Shown here: positions 7,584 through 17,897 of the stretch, piece by piece
Position numbering within the stretch: the first letter of the stretch is position 1
How the letters are laid out: the number at the start of each line of letters is the position of its first letter
NCBI GenBank assembly: GCA_047611905.1
Contig: JBLFWZ010000002.1
Coordinates: 802-64,801 of the forward strand
Direction: 5' to 3'
Length of the DNA: 64,000 nt
Source of the DNA: Gammaproteobacteria bacterium
GTDB taxonomy: Bacteria > Pseudomonadota > Gammaproteobacteria > Ga0077536
Position numbers and translations under genes: made by a program
Notes under the pieces: generated by a model
What the model was told of the DNA's origin: nothing
What the model saw: only the letters and a program-made list of their open reading frames with translations
Database searches by the model: none

Positions 7584-9506
7584 ATGGATATAACTCGAAT
7601 TTACGCTGCGCGACTCGCCGTACGGGTGCTGTTAGCAACCGTGGCCATGTGCCCGACAAGTTTACTCGCCGCCGGTAACGTCTCGTGGGTTGGCGGCGTC
7701 GGCAACTGGGACGACGGCTCTAACTGGTCGAATGGGTTCGAACCGATATTCTCAGACGATGTCGACATTGCAACGGGAGACGTGACAACCTCAACCACGA
7801 ACATCACTAACAATCTCCGTGTCGCAGGCAGCTTGGCTGTGACCAACGGTACCTTGGACATCATTGATGATTTATCAAACCACGGATCCATAGAAGTTCT
7901 TCAAGGAAGACTAGAGGCCGATACTTTTATCAACGAAGCACTCGGGGTGATTTCAATACGCGGGCTGGGTGCAGAAGCCTACGGTGTGATTGATTTCATT
8001 AATCGCGGTTTAGGCACTGTGGAACTAGACGCGTCGCTCCAGGCCGGTGCTCTGACAAACTTTCAGAATTTGACAATTAAGACGAGAGCCATCGGGTTTA
8101 GCCAAACAATGGTCAACAAGATCGGCGGCGTCTTCAACATCCAGAATAGCTCCAGCGTACTCACGGTGTCAGGCAACATCACCAACGAAGGGATGTTTAA
8201 CGCAAGCGATATGGCGAGCGTCACCGCCGCCAGTGCGGTTAACTACGACACCATCGATATCGATAACGCGGGCCTCACCTTAAGCAGTTTGCTCAATACG
8301 TCCACGGGCGTGCTGACGGTTGGCGGATCGGCCGCACTGCTCAAAATTAACGGCGCGATCGTCAACGAAGGCCAGTTGACCGCTGAGCTGGGTTCGAGCG
8401 CAATCATCGTTAGCATCGACAACCATCACGTTTTCGAACTCAAGACTGGGGCAACAGCTAACCTCGAATCGGTATTGAACTTTGCTGGCGGCGATATCAA
8501 GGTTGCCGGCACAGGTAGCGAACTCACGCTTACTAGCAATTTACAGAATGTCGGCAGCGTAACGGTGCAAGATTCGGGCACATTAAATGCTCTGAGTGTC
8601 ACCAACCTTAAGAGTTTTGAAGTTCGTTCGGGCGCAGTGGTTGAAACCGCAAGTGTCGTGAATTCGAGTACCAGCACCGCGCTCGTGACTGGCGCACAGA
8701 GCCGGCTAAATCTAACTAACAATTTCGAAAACAACGGCTCATTGGTGGTGTCGGATAGCGGGACGTTAAGTACGGAGAGTTTTGACAACAAAAATAGCGC
8801 CGAAATTCACAGCGGTGGGCAGCTTGAAGCAAATTCTCTTGTCAACCGAGCGACTGCAACGATGCTTGTAAGCAATGCGGGGACAAATGTTTCGATCACG
8901 GGTGCAACGGTCAATCACGGAGCGCTCGAAATTAGCGGCAGCGCAATCTTATCTTCGTCATCGTTTGAGCAGTTGTCCGGCGAAACCGCACTACTAGGCG
9001 GGATGCTAACTGGCACGACTTTTGGCGTGACTATACTCGGCGGCAGTCTCACGGGATTCGGTGACATCGGTAGCGACCTATTGCTTGGCGGTAGCAGCAG
9101 TGCTGCGCCGGGATCGATTGCCGATCAAACTCAACAATTCGATATCGCTGGTGCCCTGCAGTTAGCGGGAACCTTCGTCGTCGAAATCGGCGATACAGCG
9201 CTCGGCGAATTTGATCGGATCGTTAGTTCCGGCGCGGTCACTCTGGGCGGCACCTTGCAAGTCGATCTACTCGGTGGCTTCGAGCCGATCGTAGGTGACA
9301 CCTTCGATATTTTGATTGGTAGTTCCGTAAGTTCGAATTTTGTCTCAACGTTGTTTCCAGTTTTCGGCGGTAGAACGTTTGACGTTCTCCTCGGTACGGA
9401 TTTCGCGCGCCTGACGGTCCGGGCTGTGCCGCTACCTGGCGCGCTATATTTAATTGTACCCGCGTTATTGTTCTTGGTGAGATCCCGCCGAGTGCCCCAT
9501 TCGTAA
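7584..9506 (+). CDS. repeat-rich secreted surface protein with PEP-CTERM-like C-terminal sorting tail
   Basis: Start taken at ATG 7584 (MDITRIYAARLAVRVLLATVAMCPTSLLAAG signal peptide). GNVSWVGGVGNWDDGSNWSNG resembles an autotransporter-associated beta-strand repeat. Degenerate repeats of about 40-45 aa are rich in N/S/T/G. The C-terminus is VPLPGALYLIVPALLFLVRSRR. Confidence 0.8.
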   Translation: MDITRIYAARLAVRVLLATVAMCPTSLLAAGNVSWVGGVGNWDDGSNWSNGFEPIFSDDVDIATGDVTTSTTNITNNLRVAGSLAVTNGTLDIIDDLSNHGSIEVLQGRLEADTFINEALGVISIRGLGAEAYGVIDFINRGLGTVELDASLQAGALTNFQNLTIKTRAIGFSQTMVNKIGGVFNIQNSSSVLTVSGNITNEGMFNASDMASVTAASAVNYDTIDIDNAGLTLSSLLNTSTGVLTVGGSAALLKINGAIVNEGQLTAELGSSAIIVSIDNHHVFELKTGATANLESVLNFAGGDIKVAGTGSELTLTSNLQNVGSVTVQDSGTLNALSVTNLKSFEVRSGAVVETASVVNSSTSTALVTGAQSRLNLTNNFENNGSLVVSDSGTLSTESFDNKNSAEIHSGGQLEANSLVNRATATMLVSNAGTNVSITGATVNHGALEISGSAILSSSSFEQLSGETALLGGMLTGTTFGVTILGGSLTGFGDIGSDLLLGGSSSAAPGSIADQTQQFDIAGALQLAGTFVVEIGDTALGEFDRIVSSGAVTLGGTLQVDLLGGFEPIVGDTFDILIGSSVSSNFVSTLFPVFGGRTFDVLLGTDFARLTVRAVPLPGALYLIVPALLFLVRSRRVPHS

Positions 9507-9543
9507 TTATCGAATGGATTGCCGGATTCCTCGATCTCGAGTC

Positions 9544-11583
9544 TTAAGAGGACAAGAGCACACTTAATTCCTGCAATTCTCCGATCGGCGGCAAGCACTG
9601 GTGGCCGCGACAAACGTAAGCAGTAACCGCCGCACGGCGCTTGTGTGCGGATAATAGGCCAGGCAAGCGGTGTACCTCATTAGGAATCGAAAAGACTTGT
9701 TGGCGAGGTGAATAAACCTGGGCCAATTCCCGATTCCATAAATCCAAATCCATTTTCCGGCCGCGTAAAATTACCAAGGTCGGTGGCACCAAATACTCAT
9801 CAAGTGCGAGAAGCAGGGCGTTGTGCGCGCTAGGCGCGTGGTTAATCGAGGCCCACGCGGCCGACAAGGTCCGCTCGCTCGCCTCAAGATAACGAGTTTC
9901 GCCAAGCAGGTGGCCAAGGCGTGAGAGCGCCCACGCGGCAATACCATTGCCCGCCGGTAGCGCGTCGTCGGTAAAAGGTTTCGAGCGCTGGATAAGAGAC
10001 TCATGGTCGTGTGCTGTGAAGAAAAAGCCACCTTGTTCGATATCTTCGAAATTCTCTAACACGCAATCGGCTAGTTCAATTGCGAATTCTAGATTCGCGC
10101 TATTCCAACGGGCACTAAGAAGATGTAACAGCGCGTCGATCATAAAGACGTAGTCGTCCAGATAGGCATCGAGATGTGCGGTTCCATCCTTGTAGGTCGC
10201 TAACAGTCGCCCCTCGTGCCACATCTTTTCCCGAATGAAACCGACGGCGCGTTCGGCGGCATCGGCATAGTCAGAGCGATCCAGAGTGTGCGCTGCGATG
10301 GCTAATCCTTTGATCATGAGCGCGTTCCATGAGGTTAGGATTTTGTCGTCGCGATCCGGCCTAATGCGCGATTGCCGATAAGTGAATATCTGCTCTCTGG
10401 CATCGTTCACGCTTTGTTCGATGGCTTCAGGGGTGCCGCCAAGGACATTGGCAATTTCATGGAATTGCGCGGCGATTCGGAGATGCCATCGGCCGTCGAA
10501 ATTGGCGGCGCGCTCTAGGCCAAAGCGTCGAGAAAACGCTTCATGCTGAGTCCCAAGTACCGTGGAGATTTCTTCGCGACTGAAAGAGTAGAATTTGCCC
10601 TCGATGCCTTCGGAATCCGCATCCAAACTCGAATAGAAACCGCCGTCTGGCGATGTCATTTCGCGCGCTAACCAGTCGGCCGTCTCGCCCACGGTAGTTT
10701 TGAATAGCGGTTCGCCGCTTAACTGCCATGCTTGCGCGTAAAGTCCGAGCAGGGGCCCATTGTCGTAGAGCATCTTTTCGAAATGCGGAATCATCCATTG
10801 GTCGTCCACCGAGTAGCGACAAAAACCGCCTCCAAGATGATCGTAGATTCCACCATTGGCCATTTTCTTCAGAGTAAACAAAGCCATATGTAGCGCGTGT
10901 TCATCCGGTTCTCGGCCGCGCGAAAAATCTCGCAGCAGACGCTCCAAGCTACTGGGGTGTGGAAATTTAGGGGCTCTGGTGAAACCGCCAAGTCGATGAT
11001 CGAATGCTCTAGCCGCCTGATCGCGGGCAATTTGCAACGGCTCTGAAGAGAGTTCGCCGATTGGCGCGACGGGGTGGCGCTGCATCTCTGATAATGCGTC
11101 CACTATTTGCTCGTTTTGGCTGCGGACATCCGTCTCGCGCTCGCGGTACAAGATACTGACCCGGTCGAGCAGATCCTTAAATGCGGGTAACCCATGTCGC
11201 GCGCTCGGAGGGAAATAAGTACCACCCAGGAACGGGATCTGATCGTTTGGAGTTAAGAACATCGTTAACGGCCAACCGCCATTGTTTTGAGTTAGCAGGT
11301 AGTGAGCCGTTTGATAAATTTTATCGATGTCCGGGCGTTCCTCGCGATCGACTTTAATGTTGACGAACAACGCGTTCATTTTCTCGGCGGTCGCGGGATC
11401 TTCGAATGATTCGTGCGCCATTACGTGGCACCAGTGACATGCGGAATAGCCGATCGAAAGTAGGATAGGTTTGTTTTCATTGCGAGCTTTTGCCAGCGTC
11501 TCCTCTCCCCAGGGGTACCAATGCACGGGATTGTTAGCGTGTTGCAACAAGTAGGGACTCGTTTCGTTCTGCAGTGCGTTCAT
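9544..11583 (-). CDS. thioredoxin-domain protein of the YyaL/DUF255 family (N-terminal thioredoxin fold plus six-hairpin glycosidase-like domain)
   Basis: 679 aa. [19 protein letters not shown] thioredoxin-like motif and the long alpha/alpha-toroid-like remainder typical of this family. Confidence 0.9.
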   Translation of the reverse strand: MNALQNETSPYLLQHANNPVHWYPWGEETLAKARNENKPILLSIGYSACHWCHVMAHESFEDPATAEKMNALFVNIKVDREERPDIDKIYQTAHYLLTQNNGGWPLTMFLTPNDQIPFLGGTYFPPSARHGLPAFKDLLDRVSILYRERETDVRSQNEQIVDALSEMQRHPVAPIGELSSEPLQIARDQAARAFDHRLGGFTRAPKFPHPSSLERLLRDFSRGREPDEHALHMALFTLKKMANGGIYDHLGGGFCRYSVDDQWMIPHFEKMLYDNGPLLGLYAQAWQLSGEPLFKTTVGETADWLAREMTSPDGGFYSSLDADSEGIEGKFYSFSREEISTVLGTQHEAFSRRFGLERAANFDGRWHLRIAAQFHEIANVLGGTPEAIEQSVNDAREQIFTYRQSRIRPDRDDKILTSWNALMIKGLAIAAHTLDRSDYADAAERAVGFIREKMWHEGRLLATYKDGTAHLDAYLDDYVFMIDALLHLLSARWNSANLEFAIELADCVLENFEDIEQGGFFFTAHDHESLIQRSKPFTDDALPAGNGIAAWALSRLGHLLGETRYLEASERTLSAAWASINHAPSAHNALLLALDEYLVPPTLVILRGRKMDLDLWNRELAQVYSPRQQVFSIPNEVHRLPGLLSAHKRRAAVTAYVCRGHQCLPPIGELQELSVLLSS

Positions 11584-11706
11584 TGAGTATTTCTATTTCC
11601 GGGCGGTTGTTTTTCTAGCGACACGGTTGGCGCTCGCTAAGCGCGAAATTTGGCAACAAATTCGTACGCCATTCTATCTTCCGAGTGACTTCCTAGCGAC
11701 GGCGGC

Positions 11707-12522
11707 GTGCTAATATCCCAGCCCGCTATGATTCCGTTTCCAAACATCGATCCAATCGCTATTGAGCTCGGTCCAGTCGCGATCCATTGGTATGGCATTT
11801 CCTATATCGTCGGTATCGGACTTGGATGGCTTGCCCTGCAACGCAGTTCAGGTTCGTCAGACCTTCAATGGACGAAGGATGATGTTGCCGATGTCGTCTT
11901 TTTCGCAGCGATCGGCGGGGTGTTGGGCGGGCGGATCGGCTATGCCTTGTTTTACAATTTCAGTGACTATGTTGATGATCCGCTTGGAATTCTCGCTGTG
12001 TGGCGCGGTGGCATGTCGTTTCACGGCGGGGTAATCGGCTTTATTCTCGCTCTCGCGATTTTTGCCAAACGACGTTCGCGACCGCTCCTCGCGACCACTG
12101 ATTTCGTCGTACCGGCCGTACCCATAGGCTTGTTTTTTGGCCGCATTGCGAACTTCGTAAATCAAGAATTGTGGGGCGCGCCGACTTCCTTGCCTTGGGG
12201 TGTGGTGTTTAGCCACCCTATGGCGGGAAGTATTGCGCGCCATCCCTCGCAGCTCTACGAGGCAGCACTCGAGGGTGTTTTGCTGTTTCTGATTTTGCGT
12301 TTCATTGCCGCCCGTACGCCTCCACAAGGCGTCGTGTCTGGCGTGTTCTTGGTCGCCTACGGCATCATGCGCGCGGGCATTGAATTCGTCCGCGAACCGG
12401 ACCAACATATTGGTTATTTAGCCTACGGCTGGGTGACGATGGGGCAGGTGTTGTCCCTCCCGATGATGTTCCTCGGCGTGTTACTCATCGTACTATCGCA
12501 GCGTGATCGCGGCATCAATTAG
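11707..12522 (+). CDS. lgt: prolipoprotein diacylglyceryl transferase
   Basis: FPNIDPIAIELGPVAIHWYGISYIVG, GGRIGY, RGGMSFHGG and FGRIANFVNQELWG are Lgt signatures. GTG 11707 or ATG 11728 are possible starts. Confidence 0.92.
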   Translation: MLISQPAMIPFPNIDPIAIELGPVAIHWYGISYIVGIGLGWLALQRSSGSSDLQWTKDDVADVVFFAAIGGVLGGRIGYALFYNFSDYVDDPLGILAVWRGGMSFHGGVIGFILALAIFAKRRSRPLLATTDFVVPAVPIGLFFGRIANFVNQELWGAPTSLPWGVVFSHPMAGSIARHPSQLYEAALEGVLLFLILRFIAARTPPQGVVSGVFLVAYGIMRAGIEFVREPDQHIGYLAYGWVTMGQVLSLPMMFLGVLLIVLSQRDRGIN

Positions 12523-12531
12523 GGTGATTTA

Positions 12532-13326
12532 ATGCAGGTCTATCTCGATTTACTACGCCACGTCCGTGAAAACGGAGTCGAAAAAGGGGACCGAACAGGC
12601 ACTGGTACGCTGAGTGTGTTCGGCCACCAAATGCGTTTCAATCTCGCTAAAGGCTTTCCGTTATTAACGACAAAAAAAGTCCACCTAAAGTCGATTATCC
12701 ATGAGCTACTGTGGTTTTTAAGCGGCGATTCAAACGTCCGGTACTTGAACGATAACGGCGTATCTATTTGGGACGAGTGGGCTGATGATGCCGGTGATCT
12801 CGGACCCATCTATGGTGTGCAATGGCGCAGCTGGCGTGCGGCCGATGGGCAATCGCATGACCAAATTTCGGACGTAATAGCCGCACTTAAATCAGACCCG
12901 AATTCTCGTCGGCATATCGTGAGCGCCTGGAACGTTGGCGAAATCGATTCGATGGCTCTGGCGCCGTGCCACACGATGTTTCAGTTTTACGTGGCCGAAG
13001 GTCGCTTGTCGTGCCAATTGTATCAACGCAGCGCGGACATCTTTTTAGGTGTACCGTTTAATATTGCGTCTTACGCGTTACTAAATTTGATGGTTGCCCA
13101 AGTCTGCGGATTAGAGCCCGGTGAATTTGTGCACACCTTGGGTGACGCGCACTTGTACATGAATCATCTAGATCAGGCAGACGAGCAGTTGCGCCGCGCG
13201 CCAACTTGTTCGCCGACGATGGTACTAAATCCAAATGTACCTTCGATTTTTGAGTTCAGCTACGACGACTTCACCCTTGAAAATTATCATCCGCTGCCGG
13301 GCATTGCTGCACCGATTGCGGTTTAG
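12532..13326 (+). CDS. thyA: thymidylate synthase
   Basis: 264 aa with [26 protein letters not shown] and [20 protein letters not shown]. Confidence 0.97.
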   Translation: MQVYLDLLRHVRENGVEKGDRTGTGTLSVFGHQMRFNLAKGFPLLTTKKVHLKSIIHELLWFLSGDSNVRYLNDNGVSIWDEWADDAGDLGPIYGVQWRSWRAADGQSHDQISDVIAALKSDPNSRRHIVSAWNVGEIDSMALAPCHTMFQFYVAEGRLSCQLYQRSADIFLGVPFNIASYALLNLMVAQVCGLEPGEFVHTLGDAHLYMNHLDQADEQLRRAPTCSPTMVLNPNVPSIFEFSYDDFTLENYHPLPGIAAPIAV

Positions 13327-13361
13327 CTGGCCGCGGCTCACAAAGCCAAAGGGGCTTTGAC

Positions 13362-13853
13362 GTGCGCCTAAATATCGTCGTCGCGATGTCGATGAATCGA
13401 GTGATTGGTCGAGGTGGTCAGTTACCCTGGCGTCTGCCTGCGGATCTGAAATATTTTAAGAATATTACTATGACGCATCCGATTATCATGGGTCGCAAGA
13501 CGCACGAATCGATCGGACGCGCGCTACCGAGTCGCCTAAACGTTGTTGTCACGCGTAACGTTGACTTCCAGGCCCCGGGATGCGAGATAGCTAATTCACT
13601 TAGGCAAGGAATGGATGTTTGTGGATCGGCTAACGACGTGATGATCATCGGTGGCGCGACGCTGTATCGCGAAGCCTTATCGATGACTGAACGAATTTAC
13701 CTAACTGAGGTACATGTTGAGCTGGATGGCGACACACTTTTCCCGGCGCTGCACAAAGATGATTGGCGCGAGTCTTCGCGAGAATTTCATGGTGCCGACG
13801 ATGCGAACGAATTCGATTACAGTTTCGTCGTTTTTGAGCGAGCAAACCGATAG
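13362..13853 (+). CDS. folA: dihydrofolate reductase
   Basis: 163 aa with IGRGGQLPWRLPADLKYFK..T..HPIIMGRKT.ESIG and VMIIGGA.LY. GTG start. Follows thyA. Confidence 0.92.
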   Translation: MRLNIVVAMSMNRVIGRGGQLPWRLPADLKYFKNITMTHPIIMGRKTHESIGRALPSRLNVVVTRNVDFQAPGCEIANSLRQGMDVCGSANDVMIIGGATLYREALSMTERIYLTEVHVELDGDTLFPALHKDDWRESSREFHGADDANEFDYSFVVFERANR

Positions 13854-13945
13854 CAGGATTGCGGTAACGGCCTTTCGTACGAGTCTAGGTGGAACATCAA
13901 ATGCGCAATCCGCACGTTGATTGTTTTTAGAATCCGCTACCGACG

Positions 13946-14788
13946 TTAATCGGCAATCGGCAGGCAGGTTTTTGAAGGCACGCTAAAAAACTGCCGATCT
14001 TCGAGTCTCAGCGCCGTTAGCCTACCGCCCCAAACCGCGCCAGTATCTAACGGATAAATGCGCATTGCCTGCATCGCTTGTTCGTCTAGATGCAGCGCCG
14101 ACCAATGGCCGAAGACAATGGATTCGGCATTATCCGAAAACTGGTAGAGCTCGTACCACGGCGTCAGTTCGTCAGGTTGTGAGCCGAGAGGGCCTTTGTG
14201 TTTGAAATCCATACGTCGATCGGGATGGTAATACCGTAGCCGCGTGAAAAGATTAGTCACTAATCGGATTCTTGGCCAATCAGTTAAATCGTCTGACCAC
14301 AAATCGGGAACGTTACCGTACATGTTGGCAAAAAATATTTTGTATTGATGTCCGCGCAAAACGGCCTCGACTTCGGCGGCGTAGTCGCACGCCGTAGCCG
14401 GCGACCAATCCGGCGGGATGCCAGCGTGGACCATCGTGAACCCTAGATCGGTGTCACGGTGTACTAGCGGTTTGTGTCGCAGCCATGTCAGCAAGAAATT
14501 GCAGTTCGGCGCCCGGAGTACGTCCTGGAAGGTGTCCTTACTACTGGGTTTGTATTTATCGATGAAGGCGCAGGCGAGTAAATGTAAGTCGTGGTTGCCC
14601 AGTACCGTGACTGCAGAGTCGCCCAACGCGTAGACGTATTCTAAGACGGCTAAGGATTTCGGGCCGCGGTTGACGAGGTCGCCTACTAACCAAAGCGTGT
14701 CTCTATTGCGTTCGAAATTAATGGCATCAAGAAGGTCGACGAATTCGTCAAAACACCCTTGAATGTCACCGATCGCGTAGGTCGCCAT
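13946..14788 (-). CDS. apaH: bis(5'-nucleosyl)-tetraphosphatase (symmetrical)
   Basis: MATYAIGDIQGC..LWLVGDLVNRGP..LGNHDLHLL metallophosphoesterase motifs. Downstream of apaG, as in E. coli. Confidence 0.95.
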   Translation of the reverse strand: MATYAIGDIQGCFDEFVDLLDAINFERNRDTLWLVGDLVNRGPKSLAVLEYVYALGDSAVTVLGNHDLHLLACAFIDKYKPSSKDTFQDVLRAPNCNFLLTWLRHKPLVHRDTDLGFTMVHAGIPPDWSPATACDYAAEVEAVLRGHQYKIFFANMYGNVPDLWSDDLTDWPRIRLVTNLFTRLRYYHPDRRMDFKHKGPLGSQPDELTPWYELYQFSDNAESIVFGHWSALHLDEQAMQAMRIYPLDTGAVWGGRLTALRLEDRQFFSVPSKTCLPIAD

Positions 14789-14796
14789 GGTGTGGA

Positions 14797-15177
14797 CTAA
14801 TGCAAGACGTTAGGGATGGAGAGCCTAAAAGCCGTGATAGGGGCATCGAATTCTGTGCCGTCAGTGGTGACCATTTGGTAGCTACCATGCATGGTGCCAA
14901 CAGGAGTTTCGATCATTGCGGCACTCGTGTACGTAAAAGACTCGCCAGGCGCCAGTAGGGGTTGCTCGCCGACCACCCCTTCACCACGAACCTCTTGGAC
15001 ATGTTCAGCGGCGTCGGTTATTACCCAATGGCGCGAAATTAATTGCGCAGGCACCTCGCCGGCATTCGATATCGTAATTTTGTAAGCGAACACATAACGA
15101 TTGTTCGCCGGTACAGATTGATTCTCGATATAGGTGGTTTCAACATCGATTTCAATATCAGGTAGTTGGTTTGTCAT
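14797..15177 (-). CDS. apaG: ApaG (DUF525) protein
   Basis: 126 aa with FAYKITISN.G....QLISRHW.ITDA.....V.G.GVVG.QP.L.PGE.F.YTS. Confidence 0.92.
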   Translation of the reverse strand: MTNQLPDIEIDVETTYIENQSVPANNRYVFAYKITISNAGEVPAQLISRHWVITDAAEHVQEVRGEGVVGEQPLLAPGESFTYTSAAMIETPVGTMHGSYQMVTTDGTEFDAPITAFRLSIPNVLH

Positions 15178-15229
15178 GTCGCAACTGTAAGCGAATGTCG
15201 CCGATTCGGCAAAAGTATTAGGTTAGTGC

Positions 15230-16750
15230 TTAGCCGCGATCTCTTGGCATCCTATCGAGACAACGTAGATTTAACGATTCTTGGATATGCTCTAACTTGA
15301 TGTCTGAGCTTTGCGCCAGATCCGCGATCGTACGCGCCAGCTTAACGATTCGATGGTAGGCACGCGCACTTAAGCTAAAACGATCATAAGCGTGCTCCAT
15401 GAACGATTTGCCGTGTGAATCGAGCGGCGCGTATCGCTTAAGTTCTTCTACCGACAGAAGGTGGTTAAGCTTTCCCTGGCGGCCCACTTGAACAGCACGC
15501 GCGGCACTCGCCCGCTCACGAACTTCGCTACTCGACTCAGCGGACTGGTCATGGGCAGCATCTAACCAATCCCGTTGACGCACTATTTCGATGTGCATAT
15601 CGATTCGGTCGAGCAACGGACCAGAGATCCTTTGTCGATATCGCTCGATTCGCTCAGCCGTACAAACGCACCGCCCGGACGGATCTCCGTGATAGCCACA
15701 CGGACACGGATTCATAGCCGCAATTAGTTGGAATGTTGCCGGGAAGTCCGCACTTCTTGCCGCACGAGAAATCGTAACGCGACCAGTCTCTAGGGGTTCG
15801 CGGAGCACCTCTAGTACGCGTCGTTCAAACTCTGGAAGCTCGTCCAAAAACAAAATGCCACGATGAGCAAGTGATACTTCTCCGGGACGAGGCGAACTGC
15901 CGCCCCCGATCAGTGCCACGGAGGAGCTTGAATGATGCGGCGTTCGAAACGGACGGCGACGCCAGTTCTCGATCTTGAATCCAGATTCGCTAATCGACAG
16001 TATCGCTGCCGATTCGAACGCTTCAGTTTCGCTTAGTGGGGGCAGCAAACCGGGGAGTCGGGTCGCCAGCATCGATTTACCCGTTCCGGGTGGTCCGAGC
16101 ATGAGTAAATTGTGCCCGCCGCTTGCCGCAATCTCCAGAGCACGCTTGCCCTGAAATTGACCACGAACGTCTGCGATGTCGCCGTACTCATGAGTTGCCG
16201 GATTTACCGGCACGACGTGTACGCTCGGCGCGAGTGGCGCCAGACCATTTAGATGTCGGCAAACAGAGTCTAAGGAATCGCCTGCGTAGACCTCGAGATC
16301 GGAAACTAATGCGGCTTCCATGTGATCACCATAAGCCGTGATGATCGCGTGTTGCTCGTCGCGCGCGGCTAGCGCTGCCGGCAACATCCCGCGTACTGGT
16401 CGCAGCGAGCCTGTGAGTGCTAGTTCAGCAATGCATTCGGTGTGCGCAAGCAGCTTGAGTGGCACCTGATTGGAAGCCGCGAGTATGCCGAGCGCGATTG
16501 CCAAATCGAAGCGGGTTCCGTGTTTCGGCAAGTCCCCAGGGGCTAGATTGACTGTGATACGGCGGGTTGGGAATTCGTAGCCTGAATTTAGGATGGCCGA
16601 ACGGACCCGCTCTTTGCTCTCGCGTACGGCAGTTTCCGGGAGTCCGACTAGATTAAAAGCTGGCAGACCAGCCGATAGGTGTGTTTCGACGCTGACCAAT
16701 GGGGCGTCTATGCCCATTACTGCCCGCGCCAATACGATTGCGACCGTCAT
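15230..16750 (-). CDS. comM: YifB/ComM family Mg-chelatase-like ATPase
   Basis: Lon-like N-domain, Walker A GPPGTGKS, ILFLDELPEF, the CPCGY zinc-like motif and the C-terminal SARAYHRI..ARTIADL. Start placed at MTVAIVLARA (16750); the ORF extends to 16768. Confidence 0.92.
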   Translation of the reverse strand: MTVAIVLARAVMGIDAPLVSVETHLSAGLPAFNLVGLPETAVRESKERVRSAILNSGYEFPTRRITVNLAPGDLPKHGTRFDLAIALGILAASNQVPLKLLAHTECIAELALTGSLRPVRGMLPAALAARDEQHAIITAYGDHMEAALVSDLEVYAGDSLDSVCRHLNGLAPLAPSVHVVPVNPATHEYGDIADVRGQFQGKRALEIAASGGHNLLMLGPPGTGKSMLATRLPGLLPPLSETEAFESAAILSISESGFKIENWRRRPFRTPHHSSSSVALIGGGSSPRPGEVSLAHRGILFLDELPEFERRVLEVLREPLETGRVTISRAARSADFPATFQLIAAMNPCPCGYHGDPSGRCVCTAERIERYRQRISGPLLDRIDMHIEIVRQRDWLDAAHDQSAESSSEVRERASAARAVQVGRQGKLNHLLSVEELKRYAPLDSHGKSFMEHAYDRFSLSARAYHRIVKLARTIADLAQSSDIKLEHIQESLNLRCLDRMPRDRG

Positions 16751-16865
16751 TAGTTGCGCTCCTTGCAACGTGTATCGTTAAGTCATCTTCGTCGACGACT
16801 AGGATCATTCCGTGTTCCAATTCTGATTGTAACCTGCAATTGACGGCTTAAAGGTAGGGGAAGTA

Positions 16866-17111
16866 CTACTCGGCCGCGGCCTCTAACGAGGCGACGAGCT
16901 TTTCGAGCTCGTCGAGTTTTTGCCGAGTTCGTTGTAAAACCAGCGTCTGGGCATCAAATTCTTCGCGGGTGACGAGGTTCATGCGCGCGAAACCCGCTTC
17001 AAGCGCGATTCGAACATTCTCTTTGATCTCTTTTGTGACATGGCTTGTGCCTGTGGGCAGCACCTTCGCGATGCTTTCCACAATCTCTTCGATTTTCTTC
17101 AGTTCGATCAC
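16866..17111 (-). CDS. ubiK: ubiquinone biosynthesis accessory factor UbiK (YqiC/BMFP family)
   Basis: 81 aa coiled-coil protein with ..FARMNLVTREEFDAQTLVLQRTRQKLDELEKLV. Confidence 0.8.
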   Translation of the reverse strand: MIELKKIEEIVESIAKVLPTGTSHVTKEIKENVRIALEAGFARMNLVTREEFDAQTLVLQRTRQKLDELEKLVASLEAAAE

Positions 17112-17268
17112 GCTAATACTCCGATTCTGGTCCGAAACTTTCTACGCATAAATCCGCTCGTCGCGAAACGAAGTATATGCCGAGCCTGAGCGTAAAAGGA
17201 CACCGGATAAGTATCTTAATTGCTGACCATGCGTAGCGTTTGTCGTGCGGATGCGACGGAGTATAAAA

Positions 17269-17285
17269 CGCACAGTAATAGTGCG
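17269..17285. promoter_or_regulatory. possible NtrC-type enhancer site (CGCAC-N7-GTGCG)
   Basis: The dyad CGCACAGTAATAGTGCG lies about 120 bp upstream of the sigma-54 element. It resembles TGCACC-N5-GGTGCA only partially. Confidence 0.3.
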
Positions 17286-17402
17286 GATCGCTGTTGAGTC
17301 GTAACACAACAGGGCAAACATCATGCTGCCGGCCTTGGTCTCGATCAATTTTCGAGTCATAGAAATTCTTTAAGCGGTTGATTATAAAAACTTAATAGCA
17401 AG

Positions 17403-17418
17403 TGGCACAGTGAATGCA
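17403..17418 (+). promoter_or_regulatory. sigma-54 (-24/-12) promoter of glnK-amt unit 1
   Basis: TGGCACAGTGAATGCA has GG and GC spaced 12 nt apart as in TGGCAC-N5-TTGCW. It lies about 75 bp upstream of the glnK ATG. Confidence 0.6.
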
Positions 17419-17490
17419 TAGGCTCATTTCGAGGTAAGCGGTTAACTCCGGCTCAAGTAGTCGAACAGCACCAATAGGGGATGCACTGAG

Positions 17491-17829
17491 ATGAAACTCG
17501 TAACGGCAATAATAAAGCCATTCAAAATCGACGACGCGCGTGAAGCGTTATCCACGGTAGGAGTACAAGGTCTAACGGTCACCGAGGTCAAAGGATTCGG
17601 TCGACAAAAAGGACACACAGAACTCTATCGAGGGGCGGAATATGTCGTCGACTTTTTACCAAAATCAAAACTAGAAATCGCCGTCGACGACGATCGCGTC
17701 GATGCCGTATTGGAAGCGATCGCTAAAGCAACGAGTACCGGAAAGATCGGTGATGGCAAAATTTTCGTGCAAGAACTCACCAACGTTGTGCGGATCCGTA
17801 CAGGCGAGTCAGGACCCGACGCACTTTAA
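17491..17829 (+). CDS. glnK: nitrogen regulatory protein P-II
   Basis: 112 aa with [31 protein letters not shown] (Tyr51 T-loop). Directly upstream of an ammonium transporter. Confidence 0.97.
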   Translation: MKLVTAIIKPFKIDDAREALSTVGVQGLTVTEVKGFGRQKGHTELYRGAEYVVDFLPKSKLEIAVDDDRVDAVLEAIAKATSTGKIGDGKIFVQELTNVVRIRTGESGPDAL

Positions 17830-17897
17830 GTGCTCAGCGGTTTCAGACGTTCATTTATTTAATCATCAATTATTAACCGTTAGAGGAGGGTGCCCGT

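Noticed and set aside
9131-9613. 160 aa minus-strand ORF across the 3' end of the surface-protein gene
   Set aside because: It overlaps the repeat protein and the yyaL-like gene end. Its composition mirrors the antisense of the repeats and there is no independent support.
11857-12408. 183 aa ORF antisense to lgt
   Set aside because: It is a shadow ORF inside a conserved gene, with basic low-complexity composition.
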